A DNA stretch of 64,000 bases, taken from positions 32,001 to 96,000 of the IMG/VR virus record IMGVR_UViG_3300013426_000014. One strand, 5' to 3'. A model generated the notes under the pieces. It was not told where the DNA came from. It worked only from the letters and a program-made list of their open reading frames with translations, and made no database searches. Of this stretch, positions 1-10,862 are shown piece by piece. Made by a program: the position numbers and the translations under genes. The stretch comes from a virus. Its lineage: Duplodnaviria > Caudoviricetes. The first letter of the stretch is position 1. Every line of letters begins with the position of its first letter.

Positions 1-279
1 GCGGATATCGGTGTAATCGTCGATATCATATCACAAGACGTCTTTGACCGCCTGATCCCGCAGTCTCATCATACCCGCCGGATAATTCAATGTTGAATCG
101 GTCATATTTGAAAATACCGCATCCAACGGTATCACGTACATGTGGTTTATTATCGCCTTCACTGCAGATTCGTACATGGATATGTAGTCAATGTCAGAGA
201 ATACGTCCGTGTAGTCGACGTCCGACATGTCAGAGAAGTCGAATCCCTCGTTTATATATGTCATATCGGTATAATACAT
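1..279 (-). CDS. Acidic-leader family protein (partial, runs off the window edge; TGA=Trp at 31-33)
   Basis: ATG at 279 follows an ATAAATA box (288-294). The N-terminus INEGFDFSDMSDVDYTDVFSD matches the leader seen at 15978, 44441, ~43410 and 52919. The frame stays open past the TGA to position 1. Confidence 0.7.
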
Positions 280-348
280 ATCTTTTGTATTTATTGTCAC
301 TGAGCAAGAATACCGATAAATATGTCAGACAGAAATTTTTGTATAAGC

Positions 349-981
349 ATGAATCAGAATATATTATACGTGGCGGCGGATTTCTCGATAGCAAAACCGG
401 CAATCAGTACATTATATGGTGACGAACTGAAATTCGCGGTGTTTCCGCAAAAGATAGATTCATTCACAGAGGACCGTCTCAGGACGGTTGGTGTCGAGGT
501 GACGAACAGGAACCTCGATCCGGTCGACACGAAAGATCCGGGACATATCATGGAGCTGACGAAACGTTACACGAACGCGGCGGATATGATAACAGCATAT
601 CTGATGTCATTCGACGCGGACAAAATCATATTCTCATCAGAAGGACTTTCGTACGCGTCGAAAGGAAGGATGACACTCGAGCTCGCCGGTGCCAAATACG
701 TGCTGTTGTCCGCGTTATGGTCCGCCGGCGTGACCGACATAATAACGTACAGTCCGACCACAATAAAGTCGACCGCCGGATGCGCCGGGAAGGGGAAGGG
801 AAAGGACGACATGATAGCGGCGTTCAAGGCACAGGATCCGAAGAATGAATTCATGCGCAGGATGAAAGATAACGACACGTTCTTCCGCAAGAAGACCGCG
901 TATATACACACAATAGACGACATCGTCGACTCATACTGATGCATGCGCACGATGGCTTCCAAACTTAACTTCGAGATCTAA
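349..981 (+). CDS. RuvC-like Holliday junction resolvase (TGA=Trp at 937)
   Basis: Motifs AADFS, SEGLSY, PTTIKS.AG...GK.DM and DDIVDSY(W). Read-through ends at TAA 979-981, which overlaps the next ATG. Alternative start at 322. Confidence 0.75.
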
Positions 982-3900
982 TGAATAGGACGGCCGGGCC
1001 GGGCGCGCGCCTGGTGGAAAAGATAAAGGAGACGAAATCCGGATATATCGTAAACCTCACGCCGGGCGGATCAAAAACGGAGGATTCAAAAGAGAAAAAA
1101 GGCGGCGATCTCGTCAAGGCAATGAAAGACAAGAAGAAATGCCTGGCGGATAACTGGCTTTCCGATTTCTGTGTGACACAATGGACGAGTATCAGGACAC
1201 GGCTTATCGACTCGATCAACAAGATCACTGTCAAGGCGAAGGAGGTGATCGACGATCTCATGTTCACGTTCACCGGTGACAATTTCATCAACCTTGTTGT
1301 CATAAGCCTGCTGACGACATGCGAGCAGCTTGTCAACGGGATAATCGTCCCGTTCGACCCAGTGTTCGTCGAGATATCATACAAATACAATGAGGTGCTC
1401 CGGAAATGAAGGGAATACAAGAACCTCAGAACAAACCCGGAGGATCCGGACGAGGATGAAAGGAAGACAAGGCTGGCCGAGATGACGGAGTATCTCGTCA
1501 GGCAGGGTGAAGGCGTGTGCTCCGCTATACTGGTGTATATGCTGATCGAACCTGTGTCGGAACTGCTCGACGTCATAAAAGAGATATTTAAGGCGGGACA
1601 GCATGAGTGGGAAAATGTCATCGGCAAGTTCCGCGACCTGTACGCGCTTATCAAAACAGTGTGCGACAGCATGCCCGGCAACAAATTCGCGAAATCACTG
1701 CTGGGAATACTGGCGATAATCATACCAGCGGCGGCGGCGCTGGCGTGCGGGATAGCGTGTGCGCGGGAATCGGACGACAAATTCAGAGCAAAGGCGAGGG
1801 AGTCACTGTCAGAGAACATGAAGGCGAACGGTCTGAAGGAAGACGCGGCTGTATCAGACCAGGCGGCAGACGCGGCAGAACGGTATAACCGCCTGTCGAT
1901 ACTGATAGAGGCGGCGCTGAAGAATCTTGACGGCGTGTCACTGTCATACAAGAAAGACGGTTCCGAATCAAAATCCGCGGATGACACGGTGTCGACAGAG
2001 ACGATATCGGTCTGCTACACGCCGAATGAAAGAATCGATTATGACACATCGGACAAGAAACGTTACGTGCTCGAGATCGGAAAAGACATCATCGCGAAAG
2101 GAGGAAGGCTGACGCCGCAACGGGGAGCGAAGATAAAACAGAACCAGAAAATCGGCGAATGCGAAGGAATCCCTATATTGTCGACCATATCCGGCCGCGT
2201 GACAAAACGGTATTATAACTACATCGTTATCGAGGACGACGCGGATGAAAACGAAATAATGAGCGAGATAAATTCGGCGCGGAACACCGCCGATATGACG
2301 GACAAGTTCTCGCCACTGATCGACCGGTTCAAAAAAATCGCGTACGCGGAGTCATATATCAAGGACCTCGCGGTATACTGCAGATTTCCGTCAATCGCCC
2401 TGCACAGCAAGAAAAAAGGAACATACCGTCTGACGCTGCTCGAGATATTGCTCGGCAAAAAACTCGACTCAAAAGACAGGTTCAAGAAAGATTACAACAA
2501 GGCGCTCGACAAGAAGATGACGTCACATCAGAAAAGCGTCAAACGGAAATGCGGTAAGTCGAAGATAAAGACGGCGGCGAACAACCAGAATATGGACGGC
2601 GTAACGAAGGACATAATGTCAGAGAAGGATGCCGGATACAGAATGGTTGTTGACATGTACAGGAACTGGATCCGGAGATCATCGAAATGATGCGCGGACA
2701 ACGCCGACACATACATGCTGCTGTCCGACTATATCGAGTTCGCCGCTGACAAATCGGTCATGTATGAGGAAGACAACCCGTTCGCGAAACGGCTGTTCGA
2801 CGCGCTCACGTCATTCGTCGACAAGCGGTCGCGCATAGAAAAGGTCGACAAGCAAAATTTGATCAAAAACTTTAACAAAAAATGCTCCGCCCTGCTGGGA
2901 AACAGGATGGGCAAAGGCATGAACTACTGGAACTATTTCTCGTCCAGGTTTCGGGCAAACTATTACGTGCAAGGAAGTTCCGGCGTTATCGGCGTATCGG
3001 ATGCGGCCGCGGCGGGAAACGAATCCGATTTCGATACACTGTACAGAAAGATGTACGACCACATAATGAACCTGCTGCAGTGCGGGACCGTCAAACGCGG
3101 GACGGAGGAGGTCAGCACGGAAGTAGACAGTATCGACGCATTCGTCAATCAGACTGATCAGAATGAGGAGATGTCAGACGCGGACAAAAAAATCATAGAG
3201 AAGCAGAACGACGCGAAGGCGATCGTCCGGTATTACATGCTCGCCCGGGGGGTCAAGGCGAGTAACAAGAAATCATCGTCGAAACAAACGCTGGCGGCGC
3301 AGACGCGGTCAGAGGAGCGGATATTAGACAAGATATTCAACGACGCGGTAAAATGGAGAGAGAAAGACGCCGGCCTGCTCGACATCGACAAGCTGAAGAA
3401 CGAGTTCAAGAAATTCATGTCGGTCGACTGCCCGTACAGGGGGACAATATACCTGAACAACATACCACACACGCATTACGTGTTTTCGACATCGATCGAG
3501 ACCGCCGGCGGCAGCAGTTTCATGACGGATCTTGAGGCGAACGGGCAATGCTCCGCGAAAACCGGGACAGACAACAGATCGATGCATTACTGGCTGCTGT
3601 ACTGCTCGATGGCGACGCTTGTCAACTGCATGATCCCGATCTATTGGGGAACCGGACTAAACATAATGGGCGTGCCGATACCGCTGCCGGTGATATACCT
3701 GCCAATATACTACCTGTCTGGATCATGCGGCGTGCTGTTCGGTCTCGGCATATGCGGCATCGCGGTATGGCCGATGATTGTGCTCATCAACAATACCGCA
3801 TATGACGCGACGATGCTGATACCGATAAACCTTGTCATCGATCTCGTCAGAAAGAAGCTCAACGATCTCGCAGACAAGTCGGTCGGCTCGCTGAAGTCAT

Positions 3901-5093
3901 TCGCGATGCCGTTCATAAAGGAATGCGATGATGAGATCGAGGAAATCGAGAAGCAGATCAAGGTCGTCGACACGGCGATAACAAAATATAAGCTGAACGC
4001 CGCCGGCGTCGACAACATGGCGGTCAGCGGCGCTGCAGTCGACCCAGCAGAAGGGTACGACACCGGTGGCAGTAGACGGAGCCGATACGGCGGGGCGGCG
4101 TCGACAGCCGGACTCGAGACCGGAACAGTCGACATGACGTATGACGAGGCGTATATAGAAGAAATCAGGAAAAAGGGTCAGATGACTGCGGAAGAGTGGA
4201 AGAAAGCAGAGGAAGAAACGAGAAAGGCATACAGGCAGATGACGGAACGCCAGAAAAAAACAGAACAATACGCGAAAGACACGGCCGGATCAGACAGTAA
4301 TGGATCATCGTCCACCGGATCAGACAAATCATATTCATCATCAATTGAATACAACCCGACTGGAACTGGATTTAACAATGTGATTGTCTGTCTCGACGCC
4401 GCGCACAACAAATACAGGTCAGGCAAGCGCACGCCGTGACTATGCACAAAAACACTGCCGACCGGTTACAAGACGAACGAGAGCTGGATGGACCTGTATG
4501 AATATAAGTGATCAAGGGAGGTCATACCTTACATAAAATCCGGGCTCGAACGTTACGGGGTAGAGGTGTACGAGGTGACGCCACAGGATACGGAAGGCGA
4601 CGCTTCACAGGACAATCTGACAAGAAGGAAGAATCGGATCGCGGCGAAAGTCACGCAATCGGGGAAACACGCGGTATACCTGTCGATACACGGAAACGCC
4701 GCCGGGTCGGGGACGAAATGGTACGGCGCGAACGGCTGGGCGATATACACGACAAAGGACCGGTCGAAAGACGCGAAAGGACAGGCAGAAGGGTCGAATA
4801 AACAGAATTCAGTGACGCTCGCGCAGACCCTGTTTGACGAGGCGGCGGAAATCCTGCCGCAATACGGGAAGACGATAAACCGGATAGGGGAACTCCGGAC
4901 AGCAAAGCACTGAGAGACAAACGACTTCGGCGCGGTGAACAACACATTCATACCGACAGTACTGACAGAAAACCTGTTTTACACCAATCCGGACGACTGC
5001 AAGTTCATGTCATCGGACACCGGCAAACGGGTCATCGCACAGATACATGTCAACGGTGTGCTGAAATTCATAAAGAAGATGAAATGGGTATAA
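981..5093 (+). CDS. ~1370-aa probable virion protein with C-terminal N-acetylmuramoyl-L-alanine amidase (Amidase_3) domain
   Basis: Four track ORFs (981, 1482, 2715, 4566) share one frame and are separated only by TGA (1407, 2688, 4437, 4509, 4911). The C-terminus has LDAAH..E..SIHGNAA..PTVLTEN amidase motifs. TAA at 5091. Confidence 0.8.
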
Positions 5094-5094
5094 C

Positions 5095-5125
5095 GAAAAA
5101 GTCCGGATTACTCCGGACTTTCTTT
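5095..5125. terminator. Bidirectional intrinsic terminator
   Basis: AAAAAGTCCGGA-TTAC-TCCGGACTTTCTTT hairpin between convergent genes. Confidence 0.75.
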
Positions 5126-5144
5126 ATACGACCGACTCGTAACA

Positions 5145-6308
5145 TTACATATTCGCGAGCACGCTCGACAAATCGCCGAATATCGGAGCATTTGCTCCAT
5201 TAATCGGCTCGACATGCGGAAGGGCGGACGCGACATCCGGCAGTTCGATACCGGTGACAGTCGGAGCGGCAGGATTAACCCCACCCTGTGCGGGAGCGCC
5301 AAACTGAGGAGCAGATATACCCGAATTTACTTGTGGCTGAACAGGTTGAGCAGACTGTGCCGGCTGTTGAGACTGCGACCCGCCGAACTGTATTCCTGGA
5401 GTGGGTTGTTGCTGTCCGAATCCTCCAAACTGAATTCCCTGTGGAGCGGAGGACGACGCGGCGGAGATGGCCTGACCAAACGCCGGTCCAGATGGAAGCG
5501 TGCCAGTCTGGACGCAATTTCCGATAATACGCAATGTCTCGTCGACATGCTGCTGAACGGCGGCGCTCCATGGCTGGAAGTCATATGGAGCGAGATCCGG
5601 GGATGTCTTCGCGAGCCACTCCGCGAAGTACTGCTTGTCACTGCTGTCGGTCAGCACCTCCCACTGACCCGCCGCGTTCTGATAACGGATTCCGGACGTG
5701 TCACCAGCCTGACCGGTATAATCGAAGAATGAACTCTGATCATAGTTGTTGAAGTTCGACTGATAGACGACCTTCAATGCGAAGAAACGGCCATGAATTG
5801 GATCAAACGGATTCCTCGCGACCATACCGGCGATAGGTGGGGTCTGCTCCGCCATGAGCTTCTCGTAGATTTTCTTGCCGAACTTAAACACAAGAATCTT
5901 GTTGTTCAGCTCAGGATGCTGCGCGTCATTGATAATCTGGACAAGCGACGCATACACATTCCTTGTGGAAAGGCACTCCTTCGCAAGCTCCTCGAATTTG
6001 GCGTTGTTTGTGTTGATGAGCGACCAGTACATCTGGTTGACCGGCGACTCAGACTGACCGCCACTGCGCGGATCGTCAACATACATGCCGTTTTTCGTCA
6101 CCGGATTCTTCACCCACGCCTGAAGCTTCTGCATGATCGACTTTGACGGATTGCCGATCCACGGGACAAATCTGATAATCGCGTCATACACGCCATTCTT
6201 GCCATCCTTCGGGCTCGGCCTGTATTCATTCGTTGACATCCCGCCCTTCGCGGCCGGCTGATCGAGTTTCGGGTTAAGCAACCCGTTAATGAAATTTGTG
6301 TCGTACAT
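5145..6308 (-). CDS. gp32: T4 gp32-like single-stranded DNA-binding protein
   Basis: Motifs YRP..KDG.Y.AIIRF.P, ND..HPE.N.KI.VFKFGKKI.EK, NPFDP..G..F.LK..NYD.S.F, then a low-complexity tail. No TGA. Confidence 0.85.
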   Translation of the reverse strand: MYDTNFINGLLNPKLDQPAAKGGMSTNEYRPSPKDGKNGVYDAIIRFVPWIGNPSKSIMQKLQAWVKNPVTKNGMYVDDPRSGGQSESPVNQMYWSLINTNNAKFEELAKECLSTRNVYASLVQIINDAQHPELNNKILVFKFGKKIYEKLMAEQTPPIAGMVARNPFDPIHGRFFALKVVYQSNFNNYDQSSFFDYTGQAGDTSGIRYQNAAGQWEVLTDSSDKQYFAEWLAKTSPDLAPYDFQPWSAAVQQHVDETLRIIGNCVQTGTLPSGPAFGQAISAASSSAPQGIQFGGFGQQQPTPGIQFGGSQSQQPAQSAQPVQPQVNSGISAPQFGAPAQGGVNPAAPTVTGIELPDVASALPHVEPINGANAPIFGDLSSVLANM

Positions 6309-6434
6309 AAATCTAAAATTATTAAGACTCGTATTGAAGCACAACGCTTCTGTGAATATTATATTGAACGTTTCCGGTTTTTATTACAGAAATGCATAAA
6401 AAATAAATAACCACGAAACATAAAGAAAACAAAT

Positions 6435-7442
6435 ATGTTAAAGAACCTTTCCGACGCGACGGCGGCGGATCTTAAATGCCTGTCGTCAAACGAATGCGTC
6501 ATATATGAGAAACTCGACACATTCTACTTCAACGTCATGATCACAATATCCGGATGCACGGTATTAAAAAGCAATCACCGGATTATAGACGATGTCGACA
6601 TGGCGGTTAATTCGATGTATTCGGATATAACGGAATTTGTAAAGAACCACATCGTCCCGAACAAAGATAGGATAGCAGAAAAATACGGGGATATAATCGC
6701 CGGGATATTCTACTTCCCATGCGGCAAGCCGGGACGCACAGATTACACGGAAACGAGCATGCCGGGATCTTTCGTGATCGGGAACGTCAAAACAATGATG
6801 ACAGAAAAGCATGTTGACGACGTATCTGATCTCGCCACTATGACTGGTATGAGACCGTATCCGGTCATCGCGAGAATGCCGGCCGGCAAGTTCACGCCAG
6901 ATCTCATCAACATGACGCCAGCCGAAATCATTTTGAAAACCGGCGGAAAACCATTCAGCGGGCTGGACATAAACAAAACGGAAGGAATTGTAATCAAGTC
7001 GAAATGCAAGACGTTCCAGGCGTTGAACAACCGTTATGAGAAACCAGACGAATACCAGAAAAAAATCGACACATATGATGATTTCGTCAAACATCTTTGT
7101 GAATGGTATATCCTTTCAGATCACGAGACGCCGTCCGGTGATTACATAGAGAATGTCACGAATCTGTTCATTCAGTTCGCGAATGAAAGTCCATATATGA
7201 AAGAATATGCCGGGAATCCAGACGATCTCACGCCGTCGATCGGCACATATATACCGGATCCGGATTACTCGTTATTTCCGGACGAGACGGTAAAAACTAT
7301 ATGCAAATGTTCCAGGCTCGCCACCAATATATTCAAAATCATGCTACACGGACTACGTTACCGTAAAAACATAAGGAAATCATCATATATGACAACAGAT
7401 GATTTCCTTATATGGAACAAAATAGTCGACGACGTGTCCTAA
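6435..7442 (+). CDS. Hypothetical protein with degenerate RNA-ligase-like motifs
   Basis: YEKLD (motif I-like, Gly missing) and EGIVIK (motif IV-like). ATAAATA at 6403-6409. Confidence 0.45.
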   Translation: MLKNLSDATAADLKCLSSNECVIYEKLDTFYFNVMITISGCTVLKSNHRIIDDVDMAVNSMYSDITEFVKNHIVPNKDRIAEKYGDIIAGIFYFPCGKPGRTDYTETSMPGSFVIGNVKTMMTEKHVDDVSDLATMTGMRPYPVIARMPAGKFTPDLINMTPAEIILKTGGKPFSGLDINKTEGIVIKSKCKTFQALNNRYEKPDEYQKKIDTYDDFVKHLCEWYILSDHETPSGDYIENVTNLFIQFANESPYMKEYAGNPDDLTPSIGTYIPDPDYSLFPDETVKTICKCSRLATNIFKIMLHGLRYRKNIRKSSYMTTDDFLIWNKIVDDVS

Positions 7443-8131
7443 CAATTCTTCTGCTTTGTCGGAGGAATCCAATCGATCGACGGATACCCGTGATATCCCT
7501 TCTGCCAGACGTACCACGCGTAGCACACGGCGCCGCCGTACTGGTTTTCCTTCTCAAAGTCGCCGTTCATCGCGCACTGCATCCGTTCTGAACAGACGAA
7601 CACCCACAATGGCGGATTCTTCATGAACAGCTTGTACCTGTCAATCGTCTCAAGGAACTGTATCTTCAGGAACATCATGACATATGCTCCGTCGTCGACG
7701 ATGTCGAGTGCGTGACGGACGCAATCGTTCGACATGCCGTATGGAGGATTCGTAACAATCGACGCGTGAGGCGGAATCACATAATCAGGCGGGACGAGAC
7801 CGTCACTGACCCTGCCGACTTTGAAAAAGTCGACCGACCTGTCAATACGGATAATACCCGGCGCCAAGGTCCATTCACGAGGAACAAGATCTGATGCGAT
7901 GACTTCAAAATTCTTTTCCGCGAGAATATTCGCGATATGTCCTTTACCACAGCACGGCTCATATACAGGATAATTTCGAAGATTATTATATATACCATGT
8001 TTAGACAGCATATTCAGAAGACCGTTTACAGCGACAGGCGGCGTCGCATAAAAATCGTTTTTCTCCCTTTCCAGTTCCGGACTGTGATTAGACGCGCCCA
8101 GCGCGCCATATACTGATCTCTTATTTCCCAT
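7439..8131 (-). CDS. DNA amino-methyltransferase (N6-adenine/N4-cytosine)
   Basis: DFYATPP, EPCCGKG (SAM binding), IVTNPPY (catalytic), YAWYVW. Confidence 0.85.
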   Translation of the reverse strand: MGNKRSVYGALGASNHSPELEREKNDFYATPPVAVNGLLNMLSKHGIYNNLRNYPVYEPCCGKGHIANILAEKNFEVIASDLVPREWTLAPGIIRIDRSVDFFKVGRVSDGLVPPDYVIPPHASIVTNPPYGMSNDCVRHALDIVDDGAYVMMFLKIQFLETIDRYKLFMKNPPLWVFVCSERMQCAMNGDFEKENQYGGAVCYAWYVWQKGYHGYPSIDWIPPTKQKNC

Positions 8132-8170
8132 ATAAAATAATATATGGCATTATATTACATTTTTATAAAA

Positions 8171-8202
8171 TAAAAGGCAGTTCAAAAAATGAACTACCTT
8201 TT
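8171..8202. terminator. Intrinsic terminator
   Basis: AAAAGGCAGTTC-AAAAAAT-GAACTACCTTTT hairpin. Confidence 0.55.
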
Positions 8203-8222
8203 TATATCAGATATTATATCTG

Positions 8223-8882
8223 TTATTCAGTCTTGTCTGCGGAAATGACAGTGCCTTCCAACTGAGAATCATCCGCAAGAACAGTAGTCTGCTCCCATTT
8301 CTCGCGTTCCTCTTCCGTCAGATATCGAAGTTTGAATCCGGCGCACGCCGCGGCCCAAACCTCCTGTTTCTTCTTGATCTCGAGCTGTTGCTTGTCTGTG
8401 TCCTTCTTCAAATCATCAATCGTCTCGAGAATCTTATTATACTCCTCGTCAATCGACTGCATTTTCTTCGCCGAGGCAAGACCGACGCCGCACGGCTTCA
8501 TCATCAACGTATACAAGAAACCGAGGCATCCGTAATCGATGACGAGATCCTGTTCCTTCTTCTCGAACTCCTTCAAAAAGTCGTTGACAAATTTGTCAAA
8601 CTTCACGACGCCGATCCACTGGTCCTTCTCCCATGCGGCGAACTTTTCATTCCATGTCTTAAGAAATTTGGCGACACGAACCGCGTTACGGGAATCAGCG
8701 ATAGTGAATGTGCGGGTCTGGAACGTCTTTACCGCGTTTTCCCAATCCTCTTTGGTGTTCTTGACAAACTCATCGTCAACCGTCTCGTCTATGAGCTCGC
8801 TGACACCGACATTTTCTTTGTTGTATTGAGAAATGAGTTCTTTCCTCTGCTCCTCGACCGATTTGACATTATTCTCTGCCAT
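8223..8882 (-). CDS. Hypothetical protein
   Basis: 219-aa ORF, ATG start, TAA stop, upstream CATATAAT box. Confidence 0.7.
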   Translation of the reverse strand: MAENNVKSVEEQRKELISQYNKENVGVSELIDETVDDEFVKNTKEDWENAVKTFQTRTFTIADSRNAVRVAKFLKTWNEKFAAWEKDQWIGVVKFDKFVNDFLKEFEKKEQDLVIDYGCLGFLYTLMMKPCGVGLASAKKMQSIDEEYNKILETIDDLKKDTDKQQLEIKKKQEVWAAACAGFKLRYLTEEEREKWEQTTVLADDSQLEGTVISADKTE

Positions 8883-8940
8883 TGAATATCAATTTAATTT
8901 ATACATAAATTATATGTGTACCGGAACATTTTTTTTAATA

Positions 8941-8966
8941 AAAAAGACAGGCAAAACCTGTCTTTT
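8941..8966. terminator. Intrinsic terminator
   Basis: AAAAAGACAGG-CAAAA-CCTGTCTTTT. Confidence 0.65.
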
Positions 8967-8990
8967 CATGATAAATCATTGTACGAAACT

Positions 8991-9254
8991 TTATTCTGTC
9001 TCCGGTGTATCATCTTTCCGAACTAGCTTGAAACCGGCAAGCGGTTCAAGATCACAACCGCAAATAATATTAAGATCCTGTTCAGGGTCAAACGATTCCG
9101 GAAGTCTTCCGCCCTCGGCCTGTGGCGGGCACTCGTCCCTTCACACAATCCTGCCGTTATATGAGATCCAGATGTCGCCTTTCATAAAACCCGGAAGCTC
9201 ATTCCAATTCCGCATGAATATATTGCGTCAAACCTTCTTAGTCTGCTTTATCAT
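8991..9254 (-). CDS. Small hypothetical protein (87 aa, two TGA=Trp), absent from the ORF track
   Basis: MIKQTKKV(W)RNIFMRNWNELPGFMKGDIWISYNGRIV(W)RDECPP...ETE-TAA. It fills the gap between 9271 and the terminator at 8941. Confidence 0.6.
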
Positions 9255-9270
9255 GACAAACCCTTTGTTT

Positions 9271-9744
9271 TTACATAATATTTAACCGCGCGCAAATCTC
9301 TGGAACAAATCTAATACCCAATGTAACAGCTGCCGTGATTACAGCAATCCATAACGCCGTACGGCGGATCCATCTGCTGCCGAAACGGACGGGTGTGAAC
9401 ACAAGCAGCACACCATATGACAACGTCATCTTACCGTCCTCGTCCGTGAAGTTGTTAAACTCCGGCACGAGATACTCGCTCCATCCGAGATCCGTCATAT
9501 AGTCACATATCGGCTTTATCTTGAAATACACCATCCGCTCCTGGTTATAATCATACTTCTGTAGATCCTCCTCTTTGCAGTTGAACTGGACATACACGAT
9601 ATTCCGAAGCCAGTTCAACTTCAATCCGTAACGATTGAACATCGACGCCGGATCATCCATCTCCCGTTTCATCTCCCGACGGAACCTGAAAAAATTGACG
9701 ACGTCCTTGACGCCCTGTACGAAACCCCAATCAGTTAACGACAT
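9271..9744 (-). CDS. Hypothetical membrane protein
   Basis: C-terminal hydrophobic helix ALWIAVITAAVTLGI. Coupled to the end of the sigma gene. Confidence 0.65.
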   Translation of the reverse strand: MSLTDWGFVQGVKDVVNFFRFRREMKREMDDPASMFNRYGLKLNWLRNIVYVQFNCKEEDLQKYDYNQERMVYFKIKPICDYMTDLGWSEYLVPEFNNFTDEDGKMTLSYGVLLVFTPVRFGSRWIRRTALWIAVITAAVTLGIRFVPEICARLNIM

Positions 9745-10493
9745 ACCGATTCCTTTTTCTTTTTGCCGCATTCCGGATAATACAAGCGGTATGACTCATA
9801 TAATGTGGAGTACTTGTCTTTTATCACGTCCTGCAGTTTGATTTTACCCTTGTACAGCCAATTGACGACAGTCGTCATCGGAATCTTATTCTCCGCCGCG
9901 ATCTGGTCGATTTTCTTCTTCCGCACAAGCTGCTCCTTCAGCACGAGCCTGTAATTGTCAGGCAAGTAGTCGATGCACTTAATCGACGCGTCCGCCATAT
10001 CATCAATAAGCGTATCTTTATTGATATCGACGAACTTGCCGCCGTCATACAGGCTGTCATATTCCTCTGTATATGATACAGATTCCGAAGACGAATCATT
10101 TCTCGACAGCGTGTCATGCGACGTCTCGATATTGCCATACGAGCTGTCGAACATATCAGAAAGATCGACACTTACCTGCCGTCTCCTTTTCGACGCGAGC
10201 TCCTGCATGTAAAGCAGTGAGTTATTCCTGGCGATACCATACGCCCACGAGCTGAACTGACCACGCTCGCCGTCAAACTGCGAATGTTTTGTCCAGATAT
10301 CCTCAAACGTACGCAGTAGCACCTCATCTGTTGCGTCGTTATCCTGTGTAATCTTGTATATATGTTTTCTGAGTCCCCATGTCATCCTTTCGATAAGGGG
10401 ACGGAACGTGTCGCCGGTCGGATTATCGATAAACGATCTGGAAAGTGCAGTAATATTGCGTTCTTTCCTCTTCATTGTCTTTCCCTGTATCAT
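9735..10493 (-). CDS. ECF-type sigma-70 family RNA polymerase sigma factor
   Basis: Region 2 (DEVL..TF..IW....FD..RGQFSSWAYGIARN) and region 4 HTH (LP..YR.VL...QIA....IPMTTV.NWLYKGK). No TGA. Confidence 0.85.
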   Translation of the reverse strand: MIQGKTMKRKERNITALSRSFIDNPTGDTFRPLIERMTWGLRKHIYKITQDNDATDEVLLRTFEDIWTKHSQFDGERGQFSSWAYGIARNNSLLYMQELASKRRRQVSVDLSDMFDSSYGNIETSHDTLSRNDSSSESVSYTEEYDSLYDGGKFVDINKDTLIDDMADASIKCIDYLPDNYRLVLKEQLVRKKKIDQIAAENKIPMTTVVNWLYKGKIKLQDVIKDKYSTLYESYRLYYPECGKKKKESVCR

Positions 10494-10494
10494 A

Positions 10495-10785
10495 TTAGTC
10501 TATTTTTACGAGATAAATGTTCTGACTGTTCTCTATGTTGTGCATAAGATCCTTCACGTTCCTGTACGGCAGACGTGACAGACGCTGTATCAACTCATTC
10601 GCCGCCGCGATATACATCCTGCCGCCGCAATTGTCGACCGAGTCGAGCAGGTTTTTTACATCGGCGTACGGAAGGGCGTCACACACAGTATGAATGTCTT
10701 TCACAAACCTGTCAGTCAGGCGGAACCTAACGTCATAATCGACGGTCGCGGGGATCGGCATCTTATTTTCTTTATCCATATTCAT
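10495..10785 (-). CDS. Hypothetical protein with internal LPY..VK duplication
   Basis: 96-aa ORF, first gene after a TAnnTTTG promoter. Confidence 0.65.
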   Translation of the reverse strand: MNMDKENKMPIPATVDYDVRFRLTDRFVKDIHTVCDALPYADVKNLLDSVDNCGGRMYIAAANELIQRLSRLPYRNVKDLMHNIENSQNIYLVKID

Positions 10786-10805
10786 ATATCCTTATTTTGA
10801 TGACA

Positions 10806-10829
10806 CAAATATAAAAGAAAATTTTCAAA
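10806..10829 (-). promoter_or_regulatory. Bacteroidetes-type housekeeping promoter (TTTG ... TAnnTTTG)
   Basis: The minus strand reads TTTGAAAATTTTCTTTTATATTTG upstream of the operon carrying the ECF sigma. TATATTTG also occurs at 18508-18515 and 46097-46104. Confidence 0.55.
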
Positions 10830-10862
10830 TATGAAAATATCGGCGAAAAAATTTTGACAGGT

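Noticed and set aside
7439-8131. Restriction-modification system
   Set aside because: The methyltransferase is an orphan with no adjacent recognisable restriction endonuclease, which is common in phages.
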